Below are positions 35,560 to 47,276 of a DNA stretch of 64,000 bases, one piece after another (position 1 is the first letter of the stretch; every line of letters starts with the position of its first letter). The stretch lies in the NCBI GenBank assembly GCA_051313645.2, contig JBNRSN020000003.1, positions 178,746,001 through 178,810,000 on the forward strand. The letters run 5' to 3'. A program made the position numbers and the translations under genes. The notes under the pieces are model-generated. The model saw only the letters and a list, made by a program, of their open reading frames with translations, made no database searches and was not told the DNA's origin. Source of the DNA: Centroscyllium fabricii (Eukaryota).

Positions 35560-38500
35560 TGTTAAGTCTGGGGTGTCCAGACTTAATAACTTAGTCGGAG
35601 TCAGGAGGTAATCAACAAAGTAGGTGTTTAATCTATGGGAGAGAATTAAGACCTGGCTCAAAAGGCAACTGCCAACCGAACTAACATTCTAGAACACTGC
35701 AGAGAACACAGGAGTTACTGGTATTCCAAATAGGTGTTGGATTCCCTTAAAGGGGCCATACACCACAATCCTCCCCCTTTAAATCCCTTAGCGTTATACA
35801 AGGTATGAAAGCTAAGGGGGAGGTTACAACAACAATATAACTATCGTTAATAGAGAACATATATACATATATATCAATTCTTAATGTACATTATGTAGCA
35901 TGCACCCCAAAATAAACCACGTCACATTTCCTCAATCAACCTGTGCGGTTGCCGAGTCACCCGGTCGGAGCGACGTAGTTCAGGTGCAGGTACAGGCTGC
36001 GATTGTTGAGCAGCAATTCTAGATGAACGCCTGACCTCACTAGGCGGCGAGGGCCGAGGTACTACCGTTGGGGACTCAGGTACCAGGAAATCCGGAGTTA
36101 ACGGCTCGACCATCTCCGTAGGCAGTTCCAAGACTTGTTCCTTTGCAGGACTTGACACCGGTAAAAATGTCGTGGGCGGATGCACTGGCGTTGCTAATGA
36201 CTGATCACGAGAGTACGACATCTCCTCACGGCTCACATGTTCCGGAGGACTAGCTAATGGTTCCTGAAGCTGCGGGGAGCCCACCAGCTGGTCCACGTGG
36301 CGGCGAATTACTCCTTCGTTGGTGTCAATCGCATACATCAATGGTCCTTGCTTTGCCGCGACGACTCCAGATCGCCATTTCTGGTCACGGTAGTCCCGAG
36401 CAAGAACCTGATCACCCACATTAAAACTGCGCACAGTCTTTGGGGACAAATGTTGAAAAACCCTTTTATCCACCTCACGCTTCAGGTCTGGTCTCAATAA
36501 GTCAAGCCTGGAGCCCAGTCGTCTGTTAAAAAAGACCATTGCTGGGGACTGACCCGTTACTGTATGCGTAGCATTCCTGTAACTAAACAGAAAATTGTCC
36601 AATCTATGCTGCAGGGGCAAGTTCTCTAACCGCGAAGCTTTCAAGGACTTTTTGAATGACTGCACAAATCGCTCTGCCAATCCATTTGTGGCAGGGTGGT
36701 AAGGGGCCGAAGTGTAGTGCTTGATGCCATTTCCTTTCAAAAATCTCTTGAACTCCTCGGACACAAACTGGGGACCATTGTCCGAACACAATTGTTCCGG
36801 AAGACCATACCTGGCGAAAATTGTCCTCAAAACCACGATTGTTTTCTGCGCCGTAGTCGAAGACATTTTAATCACTTCCGGCCATTTGGAGTGCGCGTCA
36901 ACTACCACCAGAAACATGGATTCCTGAAACGGGCCAGCAAAATCCACATGAATCCTTTTCCATGGTGCCGACGGCCACTCCCACGGATGTACCGGAACCA
37001 CCGGTGGTGAATTCTGTACCAGCTGACAACCTTGGCAGTACTTGGTCAGCTCCTCAATCTGCCCATCTATTCCAGGCCACCACACAGAGGCACGTGCTAA
37101 GCTCTTCATTTTGGTGCATCCGAGATGCCCTATGTGTAATTCTTTCAAAATTACTTTTTGTAACTTCACTGGGATGACCACCCTGGATCCGCACATTAAG
37201 GTTCCCAGACAAGTAGACAGTTGTTCCCTCCTGGCAAAATACTGAGCCAGTCGTGGATCATTCCGAGCCGGCCAACCCTTTACTGTGGCATCATACACCA
37301 GTGATAACACTGGGTCATTTCTGGTTTCCCTCTCAATGTCCCTGTTGGTCACCGGCAAGGCTTCTACAATAGACGTATGGAAAAGGTCCGCAGCATCCAA
37401 TACGGTATCTTTACCTTTTACTGGCAGCGGAAGTCGTGACAAGCTGTCTGCGTTGGCGTGTTGTTTGGTCCCTCTGTATTGTATGTCGTACTGGTGCGCA
37501 CCCAGGAACAAAGACCACCTCTGCAATCGTTGCGCCGTCATCATTGGAACTGCCTTGTTTGGGTTAAAAATGGCAACCAAAGGTTGATGATCGGTTATCA
37601 GAGTAAATTTTTGTCCATATAGATAGTGATGAAATTTTTTTATGCCCCACACCAGGCTCAGGGCCTCCCGATCAATCTGTGCATAGTTCTTTTCAGCCGA
37701 CGTTAGTGATCTGGACGCAAACGCAATAGGTCGTTCGGCCCCTCCCGGAAACTGGTGAGAGAGCACCGCTCCAATGCCATAAGGCGATGCATCACAGGCC
37801 AGTTTAATTGGAATTGTAGGATCGAAATGTGCCAATATTTTCTCGGAAGTGATCAACCTTTTACTCTCCGCAAATGCCTTAACGCATTCTGGGGACCATT
37901 TCCAAGGAACCCCAGTCCTCAAGAGGTTATTTAGAGGGTGCAGAATAGTAGACAGGTTCGGTAAGAACTTGTGGTAATAATTAATCAGTCCTAGGTACGA
38001 GCGCAGCTTTGAAACAGTTTCCGGTGCCGGTGCATTTACTACAGCCTCCACTTTCTCTGGTGACTTATGCAACCCGGTCCTATCAATGATGTGGCCACAA
38101 TATGATAGCTTCTCCTGAAAAAATTCACATTTGTCCTTATTGGCCCTTAATCCATATTGTTTCAATCGCTGTAAAACTCGTTCCAGATTGTCCAAATGAT
38201 CCGTTTCTGTTCTTCCTGTGATCAAGATGTCGTCTAGGTAGCATTGGGTGCCCGGAATTCCTTGCAACACCTGCTCCATGGCTCTTTGCCAAATTGCCGG
38301 AGCAGATGCAATCCCAAATATCAACCTATTGTAGCGGTATAGACCCCTGTGTGTGTTGATTGTAAGAAATTGTCTGGAATCCACATCGACCTCCATCTGT
38401 AGGTACGCCTGTGCCAGATCAATCTTCGAAAAACGTTGTCCACCTGCTAAGGACGCAAAAATGTCTTCAATCTTTGGCAACGGATATTGTACTATTCGCA

Positions 38501-40544
38501 ACACCGGGTTTACCGTTACCTTGAAGTCACCACAAATTCTGACCTTTTGATGCGCCCCTGGACTGTCAGCAATCATCTTCTTCATGACTGGTACAATGGG
38601 AGTAGCCCAATTACTCCATTCTACCTTGGAAAGTACCCCTTGTTGCTCCAGATTGTCCAACTCGGCCTCTACCGCCGCTCTGATGGCAAAAGGCACCGGT
38701 CTGGGTTTAAAGAATTTGGGAGAAGCTCCTTCCTGAATGGATACAGACGCAGTCAGTCCTTCCAGCTTCCCCAGCCCAGGCAAAAAAACCTCAGGTACTT
38801 TCTCCAGTACTTTAGCCACTCTGTCTTTTAGCTGTTTACTGGGTTTCTCCTCAGTCCTGCTTATCAGGTGAATGCCTGACCAATCGAATTGAAGTCTCCT
38901 GGCCCATTCCCTGCCCAACAATGGACGCCCACCTTCCGTTAGTACATAGATGTACAACTCCTTGAATGTGGTGCCTTTATACTTCACGGACACTTCAATT
39001 TTTCCTTTCGGCTTAATTTTCTGGCCAGTGTATGTCTTTAAGCTGAGTCCCGTCTTTAGCAGTGGTTTTCTTGAAAAGTACTCATGGTATTCTTTTTCAT
39101 TTATTACCGTCAACGCCGATCCCGTGTCTAGTTCCAATTTTAGTGAAATACCAGAGATGGATAGGGTAACCCAGATAGCATCACGGTCTCCACTCCCTTG
39201 GACCGACTGTATATGCAAACATTTCAACTTTTCTTCCCCGCCGGACTCTTCATTCTCACTGGAACTTTCTTTATTAAACTCGTAGACCCTCTTGGTCTCA
39301 GACTTAAAAGCACTTGCTTTCTTGGCTGTCTTCTTTTCGGAATCAGTAGCTTTGCAGACTTTTGCCATGTGTCCCATTTTACCACAGTTTCTGCAACTTT
39401 TGTCCTTGAACCAGCAATTCTGGTGATGATGGGATGTCTTCCCACAACGGAAACATCTTACTCTGGTTAACATCCTATGTGTATCCAGTTCCATATCCTT
39501 TTTCTGGATCACCGCCGCGCCCTTCTGCGCCGCTTCGAACGAGATAGCCATCTTTATAGCCTTTTCTAATCCTAGCTCGCTTTCGGCCAGTAGCTTTTGT
39601 TGGAGCTCCTCGCTTTGAAGTCCGCACACAAACCTGTCACGTATGGCTTGGTTTAAAAATTCTTCAAACCTACAGAACACCGTCAGCTTCCTGAGTTCCG
39701 ATAAAAATTGCGCCACCGATTCACCCGGTCTCTGATCTCTTCTATAGAACGCGAACCGTTCGGGCAAAAACAATGGAGCAGGGTTCAAATGCTCCTTTAG
39801 CTTATCGGATATCTGCTGAAATGATGCTTCTGTTGGCTTATTTGGGTACAGGAGGTTCTTTAATAAGCCGTACGTCTTTGTACCCATTACGTTTAACAAG
39901 TTTGCGGCCTTTTTTTCTTCTGTGACCTCATTCACTACACAGTATACATTAAATCTCTCAACGTACGTGTCCCAGTCTTCTAATTCGCCGTCAAATACCG
40001 ACATATTACCTCTTTTTGACATTTTTCTTGCCTTCTCACCGTTTTTAACACTGCGTCGAGGAAAAAGCAAAATGGCGCTTCCTGCCCTTCAATTAGGGCT
40101 GGGAAAAGGTTCCGCTGCCTTAATCCTCTACAGCGCCCTTTTCCCGGACTGAACCTCTCTCCCTGACCTTGAAGGTACCCTCAGTACAGGGCACCGACAC
40201 TCACCGACCTGCTTTACTTTGCTCGACCTCGCACCACCGTCCAATCTCTGAGGGTGCGGGGAGCAATTTGATGTCGTTGTTTTCTTTATTTCCCAACTCC
40301 TCTCAGCGCCCGCTGCTCTTCTTGCCTTCTGGGTCCTTTACCTTCGTCGCCACTGTTAAGTCTGGGGTGTCCAGGAGTCAGGAGGTAATCAACAAAGTAG
40401 GTGTTTAATCTATGGGAGAGAATTAAGACCTGGCTCAAAAGGCAACTGCCAACCGAACTAACATTCTAGAACACTGCAGAGAACACAGGAGTTACTGGTA
40501 TTCCAAATAGGTGTTGGATTCCCTTAAAGGGGCCATACACCACA
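35560..40544 (-). mobile_element. Full-length Mag-type Gypsy LTR retrotransposon inserted in a CR1
   Basis: LTRs at 35560-35767 and 40354-40544, TSD CTATC, PBS TGGCGACGAAGG (tRNA-Ser-like), PPT AAAGGGGGAGGA. Confidence 0.95.
35922..40022 (-). CDS. Intact Gypsy gag-pol polyprotein (~1366 aa)
   Basis: Two CCHC knuckles (CFRCGKTSHHHQNC, CRNCGKMGHMAKVC), LDTGS protease, YLDD RT, CDAS RNase H, HHCC and HVDFAGP/SDNGPQF/AERFV integrase; no stops. First ATG at 40022. Confidence 0.92.
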   Translation of the reverse strand: MSKRGNMSVFDGELEDWDTYVERFNVYCVVNEVTEEKKAANLLNVMGTKTYGLLKNLLYPNKPTEASFQQISDKLKEHLNPAPLFLPERFAFYRRDQRPGESVAQFLSELRKLTVFCRFEEFLNQAIRDRFVCGLQSEELQQKLLAESELGLEKAIKMAISFEAAQKGAAVIQKKDMELDTHRMLTRVRCFRCGKTSHHHQNCWFKDKSCRNCGKMGHMAKVCKATDSEKKTAKKASAFKSETKRVYEFNKESSSENEESGGEEKLKCLHIQSVQGSGDRDAIWVTLSISGISLKLELDTGSALTVINEKEYHEYFSRKPLLKTGLSLKTYTGQKIKPKGKIEVSVKYKGTTFKELYIYVLTEGGRPLLGREWARRLQFDWSGIHLISRTEEKPSKQLKDRVAKVLEKVPEVFLPGLGKLEGLTASVSIQEGASPKFFKPRPVPFAIRAAVEAELDNLEQQGVLSKVEWSNWATPIVPVMKKMIADSPGAHQKVRICGDFKVTVNPVLRIVQYPLPKIEDIFASLAGGQRFSKIDLAQAYLQMEVDVDSRQFLTINTHRGLYRYNRLIFGIASAPAIWQRAMEQVLQGIPGTQCYLDDILITGRTETDHLDNLERVLQRLKQYGLRANKDKCEFFQEKLSYCGHIIDRTGLHKSPEKVEAVVNAPAPETVSKLRSYLGLINYYHKFLPNLSTILHPLNNLLRTGVPWKWSPECVKAFAESKRLITSEKILAHFDPTIPIKLACDASPYGIGAVLSHQFPGGAERPIAFASRSLTSAEKNYAQIDREALSLVWGIKKFHHYLYGQKFTLITDHQPLVAIFNPNKAVPMMTAQRLQRWSLFLGAHQYDIQYRGTKQHANADSLSRLPLPVKGKDTVLDAADLFHTSIVEALPVTNRDIERETRNDPVLSLVYDATVKGWPARNDPRLAQYFARREQLSTCLGTLMCGSRVVIPVKLQKVILKELHIGHLGCTKMKSLARASVWWPGIDGQIEELTKYCQGCQLVQNSPPVVPVHPWEWPSAPWKRIHVDFAGPFQESMFLVVVDAHSKWPEVIKMSSTTAQKTIVVLRTIFARYGLPEQLCSDNGPQFVSEEFKRFLKGNGIKHYTSAPYHPATNGLAERFVQSFKKSLKASRLENLPLQHRLDNFLFSYRNATHTVTGQSPAMVFFNRRLGSRLDLLRPDLKREVDKRVFQHLSPKTVRSFNVGDQVLARDYRDQKWRSGVVAAKQGPLMYAIDTNEGVIRRHVDQLVGSPQLQEPLASPPEHVSREEMSYSRDQSLATPVHPPTTFLPVSSPAKEQVLELPTEMVEPLTPDFLVPESPTVVPRPSPPSEVRRSSRIAAQQSQPVPAPELRRSDRVTRQPHRLIEEM

Positions 40545-40800
40545 CTATCAGAGACCAAAAAGGTAACCTGTGTGTGGAGGCGGAAGATGTGGGTATGGTT
40601 CTCAATGAATACTTTGCATCTGTCTTCACAAAAGAGAGGGACGATACAGACAATGTAATTGAGGAGGAGTGTGAAATATTAGATGAGATAAACATAAGAG
40701 GAAGTATGAAGGGATATAGCATCTTTGAAAGTAGATAAACCACCAGGCCGGGGTGAAATGTATCCCAGGTTGATAAGAGAAGCAAGGGAGGAAAGAGCAG

Positions 40801-43800
40801 TGTAACGGTTGTAGGTTGGGCCCAAATGCAATACACCGAAAACATGCGTAGAAGTAAACTCCTTTATTTTCTGAGCAGTCAAAAGATATGGGAAACAGTA
40901 GGTCAATAATGGCAGAAAGTTCACGGAGGCAACAAGTCCAAAACAGAGTTCAGGCAGGAGAGAATCCAAATTCAGAAACAGTAATATTCCGGGTAGTCCG
41001 TCCACGGGAGCGACAAATCCAAAAACAGAGTTCAAGCAGAAGAGAATCCAAATTTCCGGTAAGCAGGTCAGTATCACGAACAGACAGGATCAGAGAGCTA
41101 GGAACTAAACACAGGTATCACAGTCAGAAGAATTAACGATCTGGCAACCTCATGGTGAAAAGTGGGAGCTTATATACAGCTCTAGATACTACTGGTTAAT
41201 CTGGGCTGTCCAATCAGGTGCATGCAGTAGTTAACGAGGTGCTGACCAGTTTAAAGGAGAAGAGCCCACCTAGGAGTTAAAGGGGAATCCAACCTATGAC
41301 AGAACCCCCCCCTTCAAGGGACGACTCCTGACATCTCAAACCCCAAATGCCGGAATCGGGTGGGCGGAGGGGTGCGGAGGAGGGACTAACATTCCTCGGG
41401 GCCCTCATCCACGTCCATCTCATCACAAGAATGAAAGGAATTCTCATCATCAGAAGATTGTACCTCCTCGTTCAGGGTTTCCAGAGAATGCACGGAACCG
41501 GACCCTTGCCCAGACTCCACAGGGGGCGCAGTCCTCCTACTCGGCTGGTCGGGATGCTTCTTGTGGAAGTCGGCCATAAGCTGAGGATCCACTATGTGGC
41601 GAGCAGGAACCCAGGACCTCTCTTCTGGACCATACCCCTCCCAGTCCACCAGGTACTGAAGTCCTCTCCCTCGACGACGGGAGCGAAGTAGGCGACGAAC
41701 AGTGTAGACCAACCCACCGTCGAGCATACGAGGAGGCGGAGGGGGCGTGGCAACAGGCACCAAAGCACTCTCACGTGCTGGTTTGATTCGTGACACATGA
41801 AACGTGGGATGAACCCGCATGGATCGAGGAAGCTTGAGTCTCACTGCCGCTGGGTTGATGATCTTCTGGATCTCGAAGGGCCCGATAAAACGGGGAGCAA
41901 GCTTCTTCGACTCCACCTGGAGAGGCAGGTCCTTAGTGGAGAGCCACACCTTCTGCCCAGCCTGATATTTAGGAGCCTCCGAGCGACGACGGTTGGCAGC
42001 AGCCGAGTAGCGATCCGCCGAGCGAAGCAACGAAGTCCGAGCCTGGTCCCATGTCCGGCGACAACGATGAATAAATGCCTGGACGGACGGACAGGAAACC
42101 TCCCTCTCCAGGTCCGGAAACAATGGGGGCTGGAATCCATAGGCGCACTGGAACGGGGAGAGTCCGGTGGCGGAACTGGTCAGAGTGTTGTGAGCGTACT
42201 CTACCCACAGGAGTAGCTGGGACCAGGAAGAGGGATTCTGGGAGACCATACATCGGAGAGCCCTCTCCATCTCCTGATTCATACGTTCAGACTGCCCGTT
42301 GGACTGCGGATGAAAACCCGACGACAGACTGACTGTGGCCCCGATCAGACTGCAGAACTCCCTCCAGAATACTGACGTAAACTGAGGACCCCGATCAGAG
42401 ACTACATCTACAGGAAGCCCATGAAGCCGGAAAACATGTTGCAGCATAAGTTCAGCTGTCTCCTTCGCTGAGGGCAGTTTAGGCAGAGGTATGAAGTGGG
42501 CCATCTTGCTGAATCGGTCCACCACTGTCAGGATCGTGGTTAGTCCCTTGGATGGAGGCAGACCAGTAACAAAGTCCAAGGATATGTGGGACCAAGGACG
42601 ATGTGGTATCGGCAGAGGTTGCAGAAGGCCAGCGGGAGCCCGATGAGACGGCTTGAGTTGGTTGCAGACCGAGCAGGCGTTGACAAACTCCCGGGTGTCT
42701 TCTTCCAGCGTATCCCACCAGAACCTCCGCAGTATAACCTCCTTGGTCCTTTGAGCCCCCGGATGGCAGGAAAGCTTGGAAGCATGGGCCCACAGGAGAA
42801 CCTCAGGTCGAAGGTTCGTGGGAACGAATAGACGGTCGGGAGGACAACCGCTGGGTCCAGCCTGATCCTCCACGGCTGATCTCACCCTCTCCTCGATCTC
42901 CCACTTAACAGCAGCAATAAGAGAAGGAGCTGGAAGGATGAGGTCAGATCCAGGAGCGGAACCCTCCTCCTTCTGGAACTGGCGGGACAGAGCATCAGGC
43001 TTGACATTGCGAGAACCAGGCCTGTAGGAGAGGGTGAAGTTGAAACGGGTAAAGAAGAGGGACCACCTAGCCTGCCGTGAATTCAGCCTCTTGGCCGTGC
43101 GAATGTATTCAAGATTTTTGTGGTCTGTCCAGACTAGGAATGGCAGCTTGGTCCCCTCTAGCCAATGGCGCCACTCCTCCAATGCCATTTTGACCGCCAG
43201 TAACTCCCGGTTCCCGATGTCATAGTTCATCTCAGCCAAGGACAGGCGTTTGGAAAAATAGGCACAGGGATGTAGCTTTTGGTCGGAAGCCGAATGTTGG
43301 GACAGAATAGCCCCCACTCCAACATCTGATGCGTCCACCTCTACCACGAACTGCTGATCCGGATCAGGCACCTGGAGAATGGGAGCAGAGGTAAACCGGG
43401 ACCTGAGACCTCGAAAAGCCTCCTCCGCTGCAGAAGACCACAGGAATGGCACCTTAGAGGAGGTAAGAGCCGATAACGGGGCCGCTACCGTGCTGTAGCT
43501 GCGAATGAACCGTCGATAGAAATTAGCGAATCCCAGAAACCGCTGTAGCTGTTTACGTGTCTCTGGAATAGGCCATGACGCGACAGCTGACACCTTCTCT
43601 GGATCCATCTGCACGCTCCCCTGCGCAATGATGTACCCCAAGAAAGAAACGGTAGTGACGTGAAACTCACACTTCTCCGCCTTCACAAATAATGAGTTCT
43701 CGAGAAGCCGTTGCAGGACAGTCTGGACATGGTGAACATGCTCCTCACGAGACTTAGAAAAGATTAAAATGTCGTCCATGTACACGAACACAAACCAGTT

Positions 43801-46325
43801 CAGCATGTCTCGTAATATGTCATTAACCAAGGCTTGGAATACCGCCGGGGCGTTGGTTAACCCGAACGGCATTACGAGGTATTCATAATGTCCAGAGGGT
43901 GTGTTGAAAGCAGTCTTCCATTCATCGCCCTCTCGGATCCGGACCAGATGATAGGCGTTACGAAGGTCCAGCTTAGTAAAGATGGTCGCCCCCTGTAGCA
44001 ACTCAAAAGCAGAAGAGATGAGAGGAAGAGGATACTGGTTCTTTATTGTGATGTCATTAAGTCCCCTGTAGTCGATGCATGGTCGCAGCGACCCGTCCTT
44101 CTTACCCACAAAAAAGAATCCAGCCCCAGCAGGTGATGAAGAGGAACGGATGATCCCCGCCGCCATAGAGTCACTGATGTACGTTTCCATGGCCTCCCTC
44201 TCAGGTGCAGACAAGGAATACAGACGTCCCTTGGGTGGGGAAGAACCTGGCAGCAGATCAATGACGCAGTCATAGGGGCGATGTGGAGGCAGAGACGTGG
44301 CTCTAGCCTTGCTGAATACCTCCCTAAAATCGTGGTATTCAGTGGGAACCACCGAAAGATCTGAGGCGGGAAGAGGTGTTAATGGCTGTCGGAAGATGGT
44401 AGCCTGTTTCAGACAGGCCTGGTGACAGGAGGAACTCCACCCCACAATAGCTCCCGTGTTCCAGTCAATGTGGGGGTTGTGGCGCCGAAGCCAAGTGTGT
44501 CCCAGAATCAAAGGAAGCCGAGGTGATCTCAGGATATGAAATTGAATACTTTCAGGATGATTACCAGACATAAGCATGTGAACCGGTGAGGTCTGATGTG
44601 TCACCGTTCCTAGGAGGTGACCGTCGAGGGCGTTGGCAGGAACCGGCTTCGGCAGTGGAACCCGGTCAATCTCCAGCTGTGTGACAAGATCCTCATCAAT
44701 AATGTTGACGTCGGCTCCAGAGTCAATAAAGGTGATGAGAGTCTGGGATCCCCTGGGAAGAAGAAGTCTGGCCTGGCACAAGGGTCGTGGATTGGGAGAG
44801 AGTCTTGTAGGAGTTCGACTCACCAGTACGACTCCATCTACTGGTGAGCCCGGACCCTTTGCTGGGCATTGGGAAACAAAATGGCCGGCCTGGCCGCAGT
44901 ACAAACAGAGATTCCCCTGGCGACATCGTTCATGCTCCACCAATGAGAGACTGGTGCGACCCAACTGCATTGGTTCGGGACCCACTGGCTGTGACCCTGC
45001 TGTCGCAGTAGACCTGGGCGCCACGAATATCTCTTGGGACCGTTTCGGAGGAGGTCGACCAGTCGTTCCCAGTCGTCTCTCACGTCAATGCGCCTGGATA
45101 CGGAGATAGATCCTGGTGGCAAGACTAATTAGTTCATCCAGGGTGGAAGGAAGATCATAGGAGACCAGTTCATCCTTGATGTACTCAGCAAGCCCATGAA
45201 GAAAAACGTCACATAACGCAGCAGAGTTCCAATCACTCTGCCGAGCTCTGATTCGGAAGTCTATGGAATAATCGGCCACTGTCTGATTAACCTGGCTCAG
45301 ATTCATGAGTCCCCGAGCTGCTTCAGAGCCGTAGGTCACCATGCCGAACACCTTTCTTAATTCGATGGCGAACCTCTGGAAGGAAGAGCAAGCCATAGTC
45401 TCTCTCTCCCACTCGGCGGTTCCCCAGAGACGAGCCCTTCCTGTAAGGTGGTTAATAGCAAAGGCTACCTTTGCCGCCTCATTGGCAAAGGTGTGGGGCT
45501 GCAATGAAAAAAAAATGGAACAGTTTGTGAGAAAGGGATTGCATTCCCCAGGTTCACCGGCATAACGCTCCGGGACCCCGACCCGGGGTTCCGGTGTGAG
45601 GCCCTGTGGGTGAGGCATTGATGCCGACACCGATACTGGAGCAAAAACTGGTGGTGGTGGAATCCCTTCCGCGTCCTTAGCTGTTTGTTGGATCAGGGCG
45701 GTGGTTAGCTGCTCCAATTGAGTGAATAACTTCCCCAAGGCCTGCCCCTGGTGCCTTAGGGCGCACTCGGCCTGTGCAAGACGATTCGGTGTGTCTGCTG
45801 GGTCCATTTCTGGCCAGATCATTCTGTAACGGTTGTAGGTTGGGCCCAAATGCAATACACCGAAAACATGCGTAGAAGTAAACTCCTTTATTTTCTGAGC
45901 AGTCAAAAGATATGGGAAACAGTAGGTCAATAATGGCAGAAAGTTCACGGAGACAACAAGTCCAAAACAGAGTTCAGGCAGGAGAGAATCCAAATTCAGA
46001 AACAGTAATATTCCGGGTAGTCCGCCCACGGGAGCGACAAATCCAAAAACAGAGTTCAAGCAGAAGAGAATCCAAATTTCCGGTAAGCAGGTCAGTATCA
46101 CGAACAGACAGGATCAGAGAGCTAGGAACTAAACACAGGTATCACAGTCAGAAGAATTAACGATCTGGCAACCTCATGGTGAAAAGTGGGAGCTTATATA
46201 CAGCTCTAGATACTACTGGTTAATCTGGGCTGTCCAATCAGGTGCATGCAGTAGTTAACGAGGTGCTGACCAGTTTAAAGGAGAAGAGCCCACCTAGGAG
46301 TTAAAGGGGAATCCAACCTATGACA
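40801..46325 (-). mobile_element. Full-length Tf1/sushi-group chromovirus (Gypsy)
   Basis: 501-bp LTRs at 40801-41301 and 45825-46325 (2 differences seen), TSD AGCAG, PPT GAAGGGGGGGG, no tRNA PBS. Confidence 0.95.
41386..45807 (-). pseudogene. Chromovirus gag-pol in a single frame, with one TGA at 45085-45087
   Basis: MDPAD..PERYAG gag, [25 protein letters not shown] protease, YMDD RT, RNase H, integrase with GPF motif, chromodomain [16 protein letters not shown]. Confidence 0.9.
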
Positions 46326-46679
46326 AGCAGAGGCTCTGACCATCATTTTCCAATCATCTCTGGCTACAGGTGTTGTGCCAGAGGACTGGAGGACTGCTAA
46401 TTTTGTAACATTGTTTAAAAAGGGAGAAAGGGCTAGACCGAGTAATTACAGGCCAGTCAGCCTAACCTCGGAGGTGGGCAAATTATTGAAAAAAGTTCTG
46501 AGGGATTGTATTAATCGTCATTTAGAAAGACACAGACAGTCAGCATGGATTTGTTTAGGGAAGGTCGTGTCTGACTAACTTGATTGAAAATTTGAGGAGA
46601 TAACAAGGAGGGTCGATGAGTGCAGTGCGTTCAATGTAGTCTACATGGATTTTAGCAAGGCTGTTGACAAGGTCTCACA

Positions 46680-46969
46680 TAATAATAATAATAATAATAA
46701 TAAAACCTTATTGTCATTATACAATGTACAAGTACATGAACAACGAAATGTGATCTTGCAAGCTCCCAAGAGTCCAGCAAAGCCGCTGTGTCTGTGCGCG
46801 CCGCCATTCCATCTTTCCATCATTCCGACAATCTTCAGCCAACCGCCCCTCCCCTGGGTTCTTTTCATGACCTTCTGCACCTGGTATTCCCCCATCCAAG
46901 TACTAACCAGGCCTGGCTCTGCTTAGCTTCCAAACCTTAGCCAGTGACCCTGTCCCTAGTCCCAGGAAC
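46680..46969 (-). mobile_element. 5S rRNA-derived SINE with Rex1-type tail, copy 2
   Basis: Closely similar to 15083-15376 with the same 5' end GTTCCTGGGACTAGGG; 10-bp deletion directly after GGATGGG. Confidence 0.8.
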
Positions 46970-47276
46970 AGGGCAAATTATTGCAGACTGGTCAGAAAAG
47001 TAAAAACCCATGGGATCCAAGGGAAAGTGGCAAGTTGGTCCAAAATTGGCTCAGTGGCAGGAAGCAAAGGGTAATGGTCAACGGGTGTTTCTGTGACTGG
47101 AAGGCTGTTTCCAGTGGGGTCCCACAGGGCTCAGTACTAGGTCTTTTAGTGGTATATACCAATGATTTAGACTTCAATGTAGGGGGCATGACTAAGAAGT
47201 GCAGCAAATTTAAAGGGCAGCTTATCAAAAAATAAAAATTAGAGGGAACATTGTCCCTGATCCAGAAGATTTGAGC

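Larger units (their letters stand above)
40545..47200 (+). mobile_element. CR1 LINE fragment (also 35510-35559) hosting two Gypsy elements and a 5S-SINE
   Basis: Collinear CR1 ORF2 pieces LNEYFASVFTKE / PEDWRTAN..NYRPVSLTS / DFSKA.DKV / [10 protein letters not shown], split exactly at the TSDs. Confidence 0.85.

Noticed and set aside
40679-41136. Duplicated hydrophobic ORFs in the chromovirus LTRs (possible env or accessory gene)
   Set aside because: They start at non-ATG codons, have no recognisable domain, and are duplicated only because the LTR is.
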